A stretch of 64,000 bases of DNA from positions 8,497 to 72,496 of the forward strand of contig DASUVK010000045.1 of NCBI GenBank assembly GCA_036378975.1, in the 5' to 3' direction. Position 1 is the stretch's first letter. The number at the start of each line of letters is the position of its first letter. The stretch comes from Allosphingosinicella sp. GTDB taxonomy: Bacteria; Pseudomonadota; Alphaproteobacteria; Sphingomonadales; Sphingomonadaceae. This document shows, piece by piece, positions 49,695-58,928 of this stretch. The notes under the pieces were generated by a model, which was not told the origin of the DNA, ran no database searches, and worked only from the letters and a program-made list of their open reading frames with translations. The translations under genes were made by a program, and so were the position numbers.

Positions 49695-50189
49695 TTAGCC
49701 AGAGCATCGTCCTTTCCGCAATCGTGCAGGTTCACGGATTGCAGGCAGCGCCGCCAGGTCCGGCTCCACCCACCCCAGCCGAGCCTCGCGCGAGAACAGG
49801 GTCTTCGGGTCGTAGAAGCACAAGGGCCAGTTGCGCCGGCCCTCCTCCGAGCGGAGGAGGCCGTTGACCTTGGCGACCAGGGGCAGCGCCGGGTCGGTGC
49901 GGGCGAGGTAGAGGCGCACCGCGCGGATGAAGCACTGGGTGATGGTCTCGTGATAGCCCTCGCTGTCGCTGTTCACCCCGCCGACGCTCTCATTGTAGCG
50001 GCGGATGAGATCGGGGAGGTCGCGCTCGGAGGCGATGTCGGGGCGCTCCAGAAGCAGCCAGGCGCAGGTGGCGAGATGGGCCTCGTGGGTCCAGTCCGGG
50101 CGCGGCAGGGTGCGGGCGAGCATCCCCTCGCCCACGCGGCGGATGGCGGCGTCGTCGGGAAACAGGCGGGGTTCGTGGCAGTCGGTCAT
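49695..50189 (-). CDS. hypothetical protein
   Basis: 164 aa, 9 nt upstream of the previous ORF. It is cytoplasmic-looking. No family recognised. Confidence 0.55.
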   Translation of the reverse strand: MTDCHEPRLFPDDAAIRRVGEGMLARTLPRPDWTHEAHLATCAWLLLERPDIASERDLPDLIRRYNESVGGVNSDSEGYHETITQCFIRAVRLYLARTDPALPLVAKVNGLLRSEEGRRNWPLCFYDPKTLFSREARLGWVEPDLAALPAIREPARLRKGRCSG

Positions 50190-50248
50190 CGTCGTTCCTT
50201 CAGGGCATAGAAAAAGGGCGCGCCGGCCTTCGCCGACGCGCCCTGGGT

Positions 50249-50305
50249 CCTTCGATACACCGTCTCGACTTCGCTCGACGGCTACTCAGGATGAGCGGAT
50301 GGGGC
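50249..50305. repeat. solo half-copy of the CCTTCGATAC...TACTCAGGATGAGCG element
   Basis: It matches the left arm of the 12245-12353 element and lies immediately downstream of the pckA stop. Confidence 0.6.
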
Positions 50306-50306
50306 C

Positions 50307-51926
50307 TCAGGCCGTGGTCACCGTCTTGATCTCCGCTTGTTGTTGAGCCCGCGGCGCCGCGTCGCGGACGCCGGCGTCGACATGGGCCTCGAACTTGGCG
50401 AAATTCTCCACGAACAATTTGACCAGCTTGGCGGCGGTGGCGTCGTAGGCGGCCTTGTCGGCCCAGGTGTCGCGCGGATTGAGGATCGCGGAGTCGACGC
50501 CCGGCACGCTGACCGGCACCTCGAAGCCGAAATTCTCGTCGATGCGGAACTCGCCATGGTTGAGGCTGCCGTCCAGGGCGGCGTTGAGCAGCGCCCGGGT
50601 CGCCCTGATCGGCATGCGGCTGCCGGTGCCGTATTTGCCGCCGGTCCAGCCGGTATTGACCAGCCAGCAGCTGACGCCGCCTTTGGCGATCCGCGCCTTC
50701 AAAAGGTTGCCGTAGACGCTCGGGTGGCGCGGCATGAACGGGGCGCCGAAGCAGGTCGAGAAGGTCGCCTCGGGCTCGGTCACGCCGATCTCGGTGCCGG
50801 CGACCTTGGCGGTGTAGCCGGAGAGGAAATGGTACATCGCCTGGTCGGGCGTCAGCCGCGCGATCGGCGGCAGCACGCCGAACGCGTCGGCGGTCAGCAT
50901 GACGATGTTGCGCGGCACCGGCCCCATATTCTCGGCCGACGAATTGGGGATGAAGTCGATCGGATAGGCGCCGCGGGTATTCTCGGCGAGCGACGAATCG
51001 TCGAGGTCGAGCTCGCGAGTCTCCGCATCGATGACGACATTCTCGAGCACCGTGCCGAAGCGCCGGGTGGTCGCGTAGATTTCCGGCTCGGCCTCGGGCG
51101 AGAGGCGGATCATCTTGGCGTAGCAGCCGCCCTCGAAGTTGAACACGGCGGTGTCGGACCAGCCATGCTCGTCGTCGCCGATCAGGGTTCGGCTGGCGTC
51201 GGCGGAGAGGGTCGTCTTGCCGGTGCCCGAGAGGCCGAAGAAGACGGCGGTGTCGCCCTTGGGGCCGATATTCGCCGAGCAATGCATCGGCATCACGCCC
51301 TCGGCCGGCAGCAGATAGTTGAGGATGCCGAACACCGACTTCTTCATCTCGCCGGCATAAGCGGTGCCGCCGATCAGGATCATCTTCTCGGTCAGGTTGA
51401 CGGCGATCACCGTCTCCGAGCGGGTGCCGTGGCGGGCCGGGTCGGCGCGGAAGCTCGGCAGGTCGACGATCGTGAATTCGGGCTCGAAATCGGCGAGCGC
51501 GTCCGTCTCCGGCCGTACCAGCAGGGTGCGGATGAACAGATTGTGCCAGGCGAGCTCGTTGATCACCCGGACGCGGACCCGGTGCTCTCTCTGCGAGCCG
51601 CCGTAGAGGTCGGCGACGAACAGGGTGTCGCGCTCGCCGAGCGCGGCGAGGAAATCGGCCTTGAGCGCCGCGAAATGGTCCGGAGTCATCGCCTTGTTAT
51701 TGTCCCACCAGATGGTGGCGTCGGTCTCGGCGTCGCGGACGATATACTTGTCGTTGGCCGAGCGGCCGGTATGGCGGCCGGTGCGGACGACGAGCGGGCC
51801 GTGCCTGGCGAGCACGCCCTCGCCGCGGCGAACCGCCGCCTCGACCAGCTGCGGCGTGCCGAGGTTCCAGTGAAGCTCGGCTCCGGTGGCGATACCAAGC
51901 CCCTTTGCCGGCACGCGATTGGCCAC
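50307..51926 (-). CDS. pckA: phosphoenolpyruvate carboxykinase (ATP)
   Basis: About 539 aa. The GTG at 51926 follows AAGGGAGA. The kinase-1a motif GLSGTGKTT and other PckA motifs are present. The listed ORF is open upstream to 52160. Confidence 0.96.
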   Translation of the reverse strand: MANRVPAKGLGIATGAELHWNLGTPQLVEAAVRRGEGVLARHGPLVVRTGRHTGRSANDKYIVRDAETDATIWWDNNKAMTPDHFAALKADFLAALGERDTLFVADLYGGSQREHRVRVRVINELAWHNLFIRTLLVRPETDALADFEPEFTIVDLPSFRADPARHGTRSETVIAVNLTEKMILIGGTAYAGEMKKSVFGILNYLLPAEGVMPMHCSANIGPKGDTAVFFGLSGTGKTTLSADASRTLIGDDEHGWSDTAVFNFEGGCYAKMIRLSPEAEPEIYATTRRFGTVLENVVIDAETRELDLDDSSLAENTRGAYPIDFIPNSSAENMGPVPRNIVMLTADAFGVLPPIARLTPDQAMYHFLSGYTAKVAGTEIGVTEPEATFSTCFGAPFMPRHPSVYGNLLKARIAKGGVSCWLVNTGWTGGKYGTGSRMPIRATRALLNAALDGSLNHGEFRIDENFGFEVPVSVPGVDSAILNPRDTWADKAAYDATAAKLVKLFVENFAKFEAHVDAGVRDAAPRAQQQAEIKTVTTA

Positions 51927-52074
51927 GACATTCTCCCTTGAATTATATGACGAATATGGCGGCGCGGGCGCCGCCCTTCGGACCCGGGCCCCATATCGGA
52001 GCGGTCCCCTTTCGTCAAAGGGTAGCGCCTCGGCAGGGGGCGGGCTAAGTGGGCCGTGACGCGAGGGAGCAAGG

Positions 52075-52785
52075 ATGCCGGTGACGATCGCCCTGGTCGA
52101 CGACGACCGCAACATCCTCACCTCGGTGTCGATCGCGCTGCAGGCGGAGGGCTTCGCCACCCGCGTCTATTCGGACGGCGAGGCGGCCTTGAAGGCCCTG
52201 GTCGACAATCCGCCCGATCTGGCCGTGCTCGACGTCAAGATGCCGAAGATGGACGGCATGGAATTGCTTCGGCGGCTGCGCGAGAAGAGCGAGGTGCCGG
52301 TGATCTTCCTGACCTCGAAGGACGAGGAGATAGACGAAGCGCTCGGCCTCGCCATGGGCGCCGACGATTACATAACCAAGCCCTTCTCCCAGCGCCTCCT
52401 CCTCGCCCGAATCCGCGCCATCCTGAGGCGGGCGGAGCTGCGGGCGGCGCCGGCGGACGGCGCCCAGCCCGAGGCCGAGACGCCTCGGATCGTGCGCGGA
52501 CGGCTCGCCATGGACCCGGCGCGGCACCGGGTGGCGTGGGACGGCCACGACGTCACCTTGACCGTCACCGAGTTCATGATCCTCGAGGCGCTGGCGCAGC
52601 GGCCGGGCGTGGTCAAATCGCGCAACCAGCTGATGGACGTCGCCTATCAGGACGACATCTATGTCGACGACCGCACCATCGACAGCCACATCAAGCGGCT
52701 GAGGCGCAAGTTCCGCGCCGCCGATCCCGACTTCAAGGGGATCGAGACGCTTTACGGCGTGGGATACCGCTTTGCCGAGGAATGA
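52075..52785 (+). CDS. chvI: OmpR-family response regulator ChvI
   Basis: 236 aa with a receiver domain (ALVDDD...[10 protein letters not shown]) and a winged helix. It sits divergent from pckA and upstream of chvG-hprK, the conserved alphaproteobacterial arrangement. Confidence 0.9.
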   Translation: MPVTIALVDDDRNILTSVSIALQAEGFATRVYSDGEAALKALVDNPPDLAVLDVKMPKMDGMELLRRLREKSEVPVIFLTSKDEEIDEALGLAMGADDYITKPFSQRLLLARIRAILRRAELRAAPADGAQPEAETPRIVRGRLAMDPARHRVAWDGHDVTLTVTEFMILEALAQRPGVVKSRNQLMDVAYQDDIYVDDRTIDSHIKRLRRKFRAADPDFKGIETLYGVGYRFAEE

Positions 52786-54331
52786 CGATCGCGATCTCGA
52801 GCTCAAATGGTCGGGACGCTGGATGCTCCTCCACCGCATCCTCGCGGTCAACGTCTTCGCCCTCGCCATCCTCGCCGGCAGCATCTTCTACCTCGACGGC
52901 TTCCGCAGCCGGCTGACCCAGGGCGCGGTCGCCAATGCCGAGGCGCAGGCCGGCATCATGGCCGATTCGCTGGCGCTCGCCGAGCCGGGCGAGAAGGTCG
53001 CCCTGCTGCACCGGCTGGGGACGCGCTCGAAGACGCGGCTGCGCGTGTTCGGCGCGGACGGCGCCAAGCGCATGGACAGCTGGGACGGCGCCGAGCCGAC
53101 CTACGAGCTGCGCGACCCGAGCCGCGAGCCGTGGCGCAAGGACGTCGCCCGCCTGCTCGACAATGCGTTCGACGCGATGGTCGGCGCACCGGCGCCGCCG
53201 CCCTTGCCGATGCCGGAGCCGGAGCGGCTCGGCGGCTGGAGCGAGGCGGCGGCGGCGCTCGCCACGCCGGGCCCGCGGACGATGCTGCGGCGGGCGCCGG
53301 AGGGGACTCCGTTCATCTCGGCGGCGGCGCGGGTGCCGGGCTCGGGCGAGGTGCTGCTGCTCACCCGTAACGCCCGCGACATCCGCCGAATCGTCCGCGA
53401 CGAACGCACCACCTTGCTGATCATCGCGCTGGTCACCCTGCTCGTCTCGGTCATGCTGTCGCTGTTCCTGGCGCGCACCATTGCGTTGCCGCTGCGCCGC
53501 CTCGCCCGCGCCGCGCATCGCGTGCGGCTCGGACGGGCGCGGGAAGTGTCGGTCCCGACCCTGCCCGCCCGGCGCGACGAGATCGGCCTGCTCGCCCGCG
53601 CCGTCGCCGACATGACGCAGTCGCTGCGCTACCGGATCGACGCCACCGAAGCCTTCGCCGCCGACGTCACCCACGAGCTCAAGAACCCGCTCGCCTCGCT
53701 CCGCTCCGCCGTCGACAGCCTCGACAAGGTCGAGGATCCGGGGCTGCAGCGGCAGCTGGTCGAGGTGGTGCGCAGCGACGTCGCCCGGCTCGACCGGCTG
53801 ATCGTCGACATCGCCGAAGTGTCGCGGCTCGACGCCGAGCTGAGCCGCGCCCGCTTCGAACCGGTCGACCTCGGCGGGCTGCTCGAATCGCTGCTCGATC
53901 TGTGGCGGCCGCGGGCGGCGGAACGCCAGGTCCGGCTCGCCTTCGCCCGGCCGCGGGTCGGCAGCGCCGTCATCCTCGGCGACGAATCGCGGCTGGCCCG
54001 GGCGATCGACAATATCGTCGACAACGCCCTCTCCTTCTCGCCCCCGGGCGGGCTGGTCGAGATCGGCGCCGCCCGCGTCGGGGGAGAGGTGATGATCGCG
54101 GTCGAGGACGAAGGCAAGGGCGTGCCGGAGGAAGCGCAGGACGCGATCTTCCGCCGCTTCCACAGCGTCCGGCCGGAGGCGGACGGCTTCGGCCGCCATT
54201 CCGGCCTCGGCCTCGCCATCGCCAAGGCCACCGTCGACGGCCATGGCGGGCGGATCGAGGTGGAAGGCCGCCACGACGGCCGCAGCGGCGCCCGCTTCGT
54301 GCTGCATTTTCCCGAAGCGCCGCCGGCATGA
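52772..54331 (+). CDS. chvG: sensor histidine kinase ChvG
   Basis: It has two TM segments, a HAMP domain, an H-box ([16 protein letters not shown]) and an HATPase (GLGLAIAK). The start is TTG at 52772 or ATG at 52823. Confidence 0.88.
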   Translation: MPRNDDRDLELKWSGRWMLLHRILAVNVFALAILAGSIFYLDGFRSRLTQGAVANAEAQAGIMADSLALAEPGEKVALLHRLGTRSKTRLRVFGADGAKRMDSWDGAEPTYELRDPSREPWRKDVARLLDNAFDAMVGAPAPPPLPMPEPERLGGWSEAAAALATPGPRTMLRRAPEGTPFISAAARVPGSGEVLLLTRNARDIRRIVRDERTTLLIIALVTLLVSVMLSLFLARTIALPLRRLARAAHRVRLGRAREVSVPTLPARRDEIGLLARAVADMTQSLRYRIDATEAFAADVTHELKNPLASLRSAVDSLDKVEDPGLQRQLVEVVRSDVARLDRLIVDIAEVSRLDAELSRARFEPVDLGGLLESLLDLWRPRAAERQVRLAFARPRVGSAVILGDESRLARAIDNIVDNALSFSPPGGLVEIGAARVGGEVMIAVEDEGKGVPEEAQDAIFRRFHSVRPEADGFGRHSGLGLAIAKATVDGHGGRIEVEGRHDGRSGARFVLHFPEAPPA

Positions 54332-54759
54332 GCGGGCCGGCGGACGAGGTCGTCCACGCTTCGTGCGTGGCGATAAAGGGCCGGGCGGTGCTGCTCGCCG
54401 GCCGGCCGGGCGCGGGCAAGTCCGACCTCGCCCTGCGGCTGGTCGACCGCGGCGCGCTGCTGGTCAGCGACGATTATACCGAGCTGCGGCGGTGCGACGG
54501 CCGGCTGCTGGCGCGGGCGCCGGCGACGATCGCGGGCAAGATCGAGGTGCGCGGCGTCGGCGTCGTCGAGCTGGCCGCGGTGGCGGACGTGCCGGTCTGC
54601 CTTTATGCCGATCTCGAGCGGACGCCGGAGCGGCTGCCGGAGGCGGCGACGATCCGGCTGGCCGGCGAGGAAGTCCCGCTGATCGCGCTCGCCGCGCTTG
54701 AGCCGTCGGCGCCGCTCAAGCTAGAGCAGGCGCTGGTGTGCTTCGGACTTTCCCTTTGA
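54328..54759 (+). CDS. hprK: HPr kinase/phosphorylase, short alphaproteobacterial form
   Basis: 143 aa with the P-loop GRPGAGKSDLAL and the motif GKIEVRGVG. Its ATG overlaps the chvG stop (ATGA). Confidence 0.88.
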   Translation: MSGPADEVVHASCVAIKGRAVLLAGRPGAGKSDLALRLVDRGALLVSDDYTELRRCDGRLLARAPATIAGKIEVRGVGVVELAAVADVPVCLYADLERTPERLPEAATIRLAGEEVPLIALAALEPSAPLKLEQALVCFGLSL

Positions 54760-55694
54760 CCACCGGCGCGGCTCCGCAGCGGATCGTGCTGGTCACCGGC
54801 CTGTCCGGCGCCGGCAAGTCGACCGCCTTGCGGACGCTCGAGGATCTCGGCTGGGAAGTGGTCGACAATCTGCCGCTGTCGCTGCTCGAGGACCTGCTCG
54901 AGACGCCGCTCGGGAAGGGCGCCAAAAGGCGGCGGCGGCCGCTCGCGATCGGAGTCGACAGCCGCACCCGCGATTTCGACGCCAACCGCATCGTCAAGCA
55001 GATCAAGGCGCTGGCGAGCGAGCAGCGCGTCCCGGTCGAGACGCTCTATTTCGACTGCGCCGGCTCCGAATTGCTGCGCCGCTATTCGGAGACGCGCCGC
55101 CGCCATCCGCTCGCTCCCGACCGGCCCGCCATCGACGGCATCGCCGCCGAGCGCGAGCTGATGGAGCCGCTGCGGCGCTGGGCCGACCATGTCGTCGACA
55201 CCACCGACACCGCCCCCAACGCGCTGCAGCAGCAGATCCGCCAGCGCTTCGGCACCGGCGGCGTTTCGCCGACCCTGTCGATCATGTCGTTCGGCTTCGC
55301 CCGCGGCGTGCCGCGCAATGCCGACAACGTCTTCGACCTCAGGTTCCTGCGCAATCCTTATTGGGTCGACGAATTGCGCGACCTTACCGGAGTCGATCCG
55401 GCGGTCGGCGACTATATCGCCGGCGACTCCGCCTACGAAGAAGCGGTCGGGCGCATCGAGCAACTGCTGCTCGTCCTCCTCCCCCGTTACGGCGAGGAAG
55501 GAAAATCCTATGTCACGATCGCGTTCGGCTGTACGGGAGGGCGGCATCGTTCCGTCCACGTCGCGGAGCGGGTCGCGGCACGGTTGCGTGAGGCGGGATT
55601 TTCGCCCACGGTCGAGCATCGCGACCTCGCCTCGCCGCCGCGCGAGGGAGTCGAAGGCGGCGGCGGGGGCAAGCCGCAGGATTGGGAAGTCTGA
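54738..55694 (+). CDS. rapZ: RNase adapter protein RapZ (YhbJ-like P-loop protein)
   Basis: It has Walker A (GLSGAGKST) and a C-terminal GCTGGRHRSV. The start is GTG at 54738 or TTG at 54756; the latter overlaps the hprK stop. Confidence 0.9.
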   Translation: MLRTFPLTTGAAPQRIVLVTGLSGAGKSTALRTLEDLGWEVVDNLPLSLLEDLLETPLGKGAKRRRRPLAIGVDSRTRDFDANRIVKQIKALASEQRVPVETLYFDCAGSELLRRYSETRRRHPLAPDRPAIDGIAAERELMEPLRRWADHVVDTTDTAPNALQQQIRQRFGTGGVSPTLSIMSFGFARGVPRNADNVFDLRFLRNPYWVDELRDLTGVDPAVGDYIAGDSAYEEAVGRIEQLLLVLLPRYGEEGKSYVTIAFGCTGGRHRSVHVAERVAARLREAGFSPTVEHRDLASPPREGVEGGGGGKPQDWEV

Positions 55695-56098
55695 TGATTG
55701 GTCTGGTTTTGGTGACCCATGGCCGGCTTGCGGCTGAGTTCGTACGGGCGATGGAACATGTGGTGGGAGCCCAGGAGCGGATCGAGGCGATCTGCATCGG
55801 CCCCGACGACGATATGGAAGAGCGTCGCAACGACATCGCCGAGGCGATCGCCAAGGTCGACGACGGCAGCGGCGTCATCATCCTCACCGACTTGTTCGGC
55901 GGCACGCCGTCAAACCTCGCCATCTCGCTGATGAAGTCGGAGAAGATCGAGGTCATCGCCGGCGTCAACCTGCCGATGCTGATCCGCCTCGAGGGCGCGC
56001 GCAAGCTGCTCGACGTCAAGGCCGCCGTCGCCGCCGCGCGCGAGGCCGGGCGCAAATATATTTCGGTCGCTTCGGAGATCCTCGGGGAGACCGTCTGA
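55694..56098 (+). CDS. PTS EIIA component, mannose family
   Basis: 134 aa starting MIGLVLVTHGRLA, which contains the phospho-His. Its ATG overlaps the rapZ stop (TGATG). Confidence 0.88.
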   Translation: MIGLVLVTHGRLAAEFVRAMEHVVGAQERIEAICIGPDDDMEERRNDIAEAIAKVDDGSGVIILTDLFGGTPSNLAISLMKSEKIEVIAGVNLPMLIRLEGARKLLDVKAAVAAAREAGRKYISVASEILGETV

Positions 56099-56100
56099 GC

Positions 56101-56367
56101 GTGGCGAGCCGGACGGTTGAGATGAAGAACCGGCGGGGCCTTCACGCCCGCGCCAGCGCCCGCTTCGTCACCCTCGCTTCGGGCCTGCCCGCCGCCGTCG
56201 AGGTCGAGAAGGACGGCAGCCGGGTGTGCGGCACCTCGATCATGGGACTGATGATGCTGGGCGCGGCGATGGGCGACAAGATCACCATCCACGCCGAGGG
56301 CGACGGCGCCGAGGAGGCGCTGGCGGCGCTCGCCGCGCTGGTCGAGGACCGGTTCGGCGAGGATTGA
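56101..56367 (+). CDS. ptsH: HPr family phosphocarrier protein
   Basis: 88 aa with NRRGLHARAS, the His-15 region. Confidence 0.9.
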   Translation: MASRTVEMKNRRGLHARASARFVTLASGLPAAVEVEKDGSRVCGTSIMGLMMLGAAMGDKITIHAEGDGAEEALAALAALVEDRFGED

Positions 56368-56370
56368 CGA

Positions 56371-56397
56371 TTCTCCCCGAGCTTGCCCGGGGAGGAA
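56371..56397. terminator. hairpin of the TCCTCCCC...GGGGAGGA family
   Basis: TTCTCCCCG-AGCTTGC-CCGGGGAGGAA, starting 4 nt after the HPr stop. Confidence 0.55.
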
Positions 56398-56440
56398 TTA
56401 CCGGATTGCTTCGTCGCTTCGCCCCTCGCAATGACGGGCC

Positions 56441-57238
56441 ATGCCTCGCCAGATCACCGCTTTCTCCAACCCGCTCGTCAAGGAGGTCCGGGCGCTGCGC
56501 GACAAGAAGGGGCGCCGCCGCCAGGGCATGTTCGTCGCCGAGGGCCTCCGCATCCTCACCGAGGCGCGCGAGGCGGGGCGGCTGCCGGCGATCTTGTTCT
56601 ACGCGGCGGGGACGAAACATCCCTTGCTCGACACGCTGGTCGGCGAGGTTGAGGCCGCGCATGGCGACGTCGTCGAGACCAATAGCGACATTCTCCACAA
56701 ATTGACCGGCAAGGACAATCCGCAGGCAATGCTCGGCGTCTACCGCGCGTTCGACACCGGCCTCGAGCGGATCGACCGCGGCGCGGCGCCGCTGTGGATA
56801 GTCGCCCAGGCGCTGCGCGACCCCGGCAATCTCGGCACCATCTTGAGGACCGGCGACGCGGTCGGCGCCGGCGGCCTGATCCTCGTCGACGATTGCGTCG
56901 ACCCGTTCTCGGCCGAGGCGGTGCGGGCGTCGATGGGGGCGTTGTTCACCCAGAAGATCGCGGCTGCGCCATGGCCGGACTTCCTCGCCTGGCTGCGCTC
57001 AGGCGAAGGACAGCTGATCGGCACCAGCCTGCGGGCCGAGCTCGATTACCAGGCGCCGCGCTACCAGCAGCCGGCCTTCCTCCTCGTCGGCAACGAGGCC
57101 CAGGGTTTGTCCGCCGAATATGAGGCGGAATGCGACCTGCTCGTCAAAATGCCGATGCTGGGCAAGGCCGACAGCCTCAACGCCGCGGTGGCGGCGGCGG
57201 TGATGGCCTATGAGGTCGTCAACCAGTGGCGGAAATAA
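56441..57238 (+). CDS. TrmH/SpoU family RNA 2'-O-methyltransferase
   Basis: 265 aa with the SpoU motifs DPGNLGTILRT, LLVGNEAQGL and SLNAAVAAAV. Confidence 0.88.
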   Translation: MPRQITAFSNPLVKEVRALRDKKGRRRQGMFVAEGLRILTEAREAGRLPAILFYAAGTKHPLLDTLVGEVEAAHGDVVETNSDILHKLTGKDNPQAMLGVYRAFDTGLERIDRGAAPLWIVAQALRDPGNLGTILRTGDAVGAGGLILVDDCVDPFSAEAVRASMGALFTQKIAAAPWPDFLAWLRSGEGQLIGTSLRAELDYQAPRYQQPAFLLVGNEAQGLSAEYEAECDLLVKMPMLGKADSLNAAVAAAVMAYEVVNQWRK

Positions 57239-57260
57239 TCCTCCCCGGGTTGGGGAGGAC
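57238..57260. terminator. hairpin CCTCCCC-GGGTT-GGGGAGG
   Basis: It lies immediately after the methyltransferase stop and belongs to the same family as 14056 and 56371. Confidence 0.5.
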
Positions 57261-57295
57261 TTGGAACTCAGCCGCCTTGCCCGCGCTCTGACGGC

Positions 57296-57673
57296 ATGAT
57301 CCGAGCGCTTCTTCCCCTCGCCTTGCTCGCCGCCTGCACCCCCGCCGAACCCCCGGCCCCGGCCACCGATCCCGCGCAGGAGCATTACGAAGCCCGCGGC
57401 CAGGAGCCGGGCTGGCACCTCCTCATCCACGCCGGCCAAATCGACTATACCGGCAATTACGGGGAGAAGAGGATCAGCGTCGCCCGTCCCGATCCGCGGC
57501 CGAGCTTCAACGGCCGCCGCTACGCGACGCCGCGGCTTACCGTCGACCTCACCTACACGCGCTGCAACGACGCGATGAGCGGCTTCGGCTACGAGCACCA
57601 GGTGACGGTCGTCGCCGACGGCGAGACCTTCAACGGCTGCGGCGGGGCGCGGAAGAGCGAGTGGGACATGTGA
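57296..57673 (+). CDS. lipoprotein (COG3650-like domain)
   Basis: 125 aa with lipobox LLAAC. Its domain ends ...NGCGG and resembles the N-terminal half of the next gene. Confidence 0.65.
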   Translation: MIRALLPLALLAACTPAEPPAPATDPAQEHYEARGQEPGWHLLIHAGQIDYTGNYGEKRISVARPDPRPSFNGRRYATPRLTVDLTYTRCNDAMSGFGYEHQVTVVADGETFNGCGGARKSEWDM

Positions 57674-58392
57674 GGCGGCTGGTTCTCCTCGTCGGCTGCT
57701 GCGCAGCCTCGGCCTCCGCCGATCAGACGCCCGCGGGCTTTCGCGCCGTCGGCACCGACTCCGCCTGGGCGCTGGTCATCGACGATGCTCGAATCCACTT
57801 TCTCCCCGCGGATGGACCTTCGGTCTCAGTGAGGATGCCGCGCCGGCAGGATGACGAGATAGGCTGGAGCTACGAGACTCCGAAGCTGAGCGTCCATGCC
57901 TTCGACGGCGGCTGCGACCGGGGTGAGACTGGAGAACGTTATCGGCACAAGGTCGGAGTCCGTGTCGGAAATCGCGAATATGAAGGATGCGGCGGCGAGC
58001 GGCTGCCCGACGGCAGCCTGTGGGGGACGAGCTGGATGGTCACGAACATTGCCGGCGCGGAGGTTCGCGGCCCCGGCTTCGCGATCGACTTCCACCCCCA
58101 AGCCTCCTTCATCGCCTATACCGGCTGCAAGCGGGTGGACGGCAACTGGCGGCAGGAGGGCGACAGGCTGGTCATGACTCCGACCGGAAGCACGGTGGCG
58201 ACCTGCCGGGACCCGGTCGGAGGCTGCGAGCGGCGGCTGCTTCAGATCCTGACCCAGCCGATGACCGTCGGCTACAAGGACCGTCGCACCGCCGTGCTGA
58301 CCGCCGAGACGGGGAGCGTGACGCTGTGGAAGCCGGGCGACGAGGACGACCTGTTCGAGACGCGGGTCTCGCCCTGCCCTGCTCTGCGGTGA
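57670..58392 (+). CDS. META domain-containing (HslJ-like) secreted protein with N-terminal COG3650-like domain
   Basis: The GTG at 57670 overlaps the upstream stop (GTGA); the ORF is open from 57661. The signal is LVLLVGCCAASASA, and the META-like half reads WMVTNIAG...YTGCKRVDGNWRQEGDRLVM. Confidence 0.75.
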   Translation: MRRLVLLVGCCAASASADQTPAGFRAVGTDSAWALVIDDARIHFLPADGPSVSVRMPRRQDDEIGWSYETPKLSVHAFDGGCDRGETGERYRHKVGVRVGNREYEGCGGERLPDGSLWGTSWMVTNIAGAEVRGPGFAIDFHPQASFIAYTGCKRVDGNWRQEGDRLVMTPTGSTVATCRDPVGGCERRLLQILTQPMTVGYKDRRTAVLTAETGSVTLWKPGDEDDLFETRVSPCPALR

Positions 58393-58416
58393 CGTTCCCC
58401 GGCGAACCTGTCCCAC

Positions 58417-58686
58417 TCAGGAATTAGGATGCAGCTCGTCCCCGCAATAGCCGACCGGCCCGTCGATTACCTGATGACTGGTTTGCTGCCCAACCAGCCT
58501 ATAATAAGCCTGACCGTCGACGCACTCGGTCCACATTAGGAACCCCACGGCCGTCTGGTGCGAGGAATCGCTGTAGTAAGTCGTATCGTAAATTGCCCCC
58601 GGATCATATTGAGCAGACGACGGACTGGCGCCGAGGAACACAATAGCGACGGCGATCGAGCTCAGCAGATTGATGCGCTTGCGCAT
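58417..58686 (-). CDS. small secreted protein (about 65 aa mature, 2 Cys)
   Basis: MRKRINLLSSIAVAIVFLGASPSSAQ is a clean signal peptide. The region is visibly lower in GC (mid-50s % by eye). No family confidently recognised. Confidence 0.5.
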   Translation of the reverse strand: MRKRINLLSSIAVAIVFLGASPSSAQYDPGAIYDTTYYSDSSHQTAVGFLMWTECVDGQAYYRLVGQQTSHQVIDGPVGYCGDELHPNS

Positions 58687-58821
58687 GACACCCTCCCACG
58701 GTTCGCGCTGCAACCGCAACGCCCTTGCAGCCGGATTCCAGAGTAAAGCCCGGTGAAGGAACGAAGTCCACTCGCAAAAATACCCGCGAAGACCAAGAAG
58801 TCGCTCCGATTCGGATAATAT

Positions 58822-58916
58822 CCGTCATTGCGAGCGAAGCCACGCAATCCCGGGCGGAGTCCGCGAAAAGCGCCATAAGCCGGATCGCCGCGCCGCTTCG
58901 CTCCTCGCACTGACGG
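58822..58916. repeat. imperfect inverted-repeat element (CCGTCATTGCGAGCGAAGC... family)
   Basis: The left arm (58822-58850) is complementary, with small indels, to the right arm (58882-58916). Confidence 0.7.
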
Positions 58917-58928
58917 CGGGGGGTGCCG

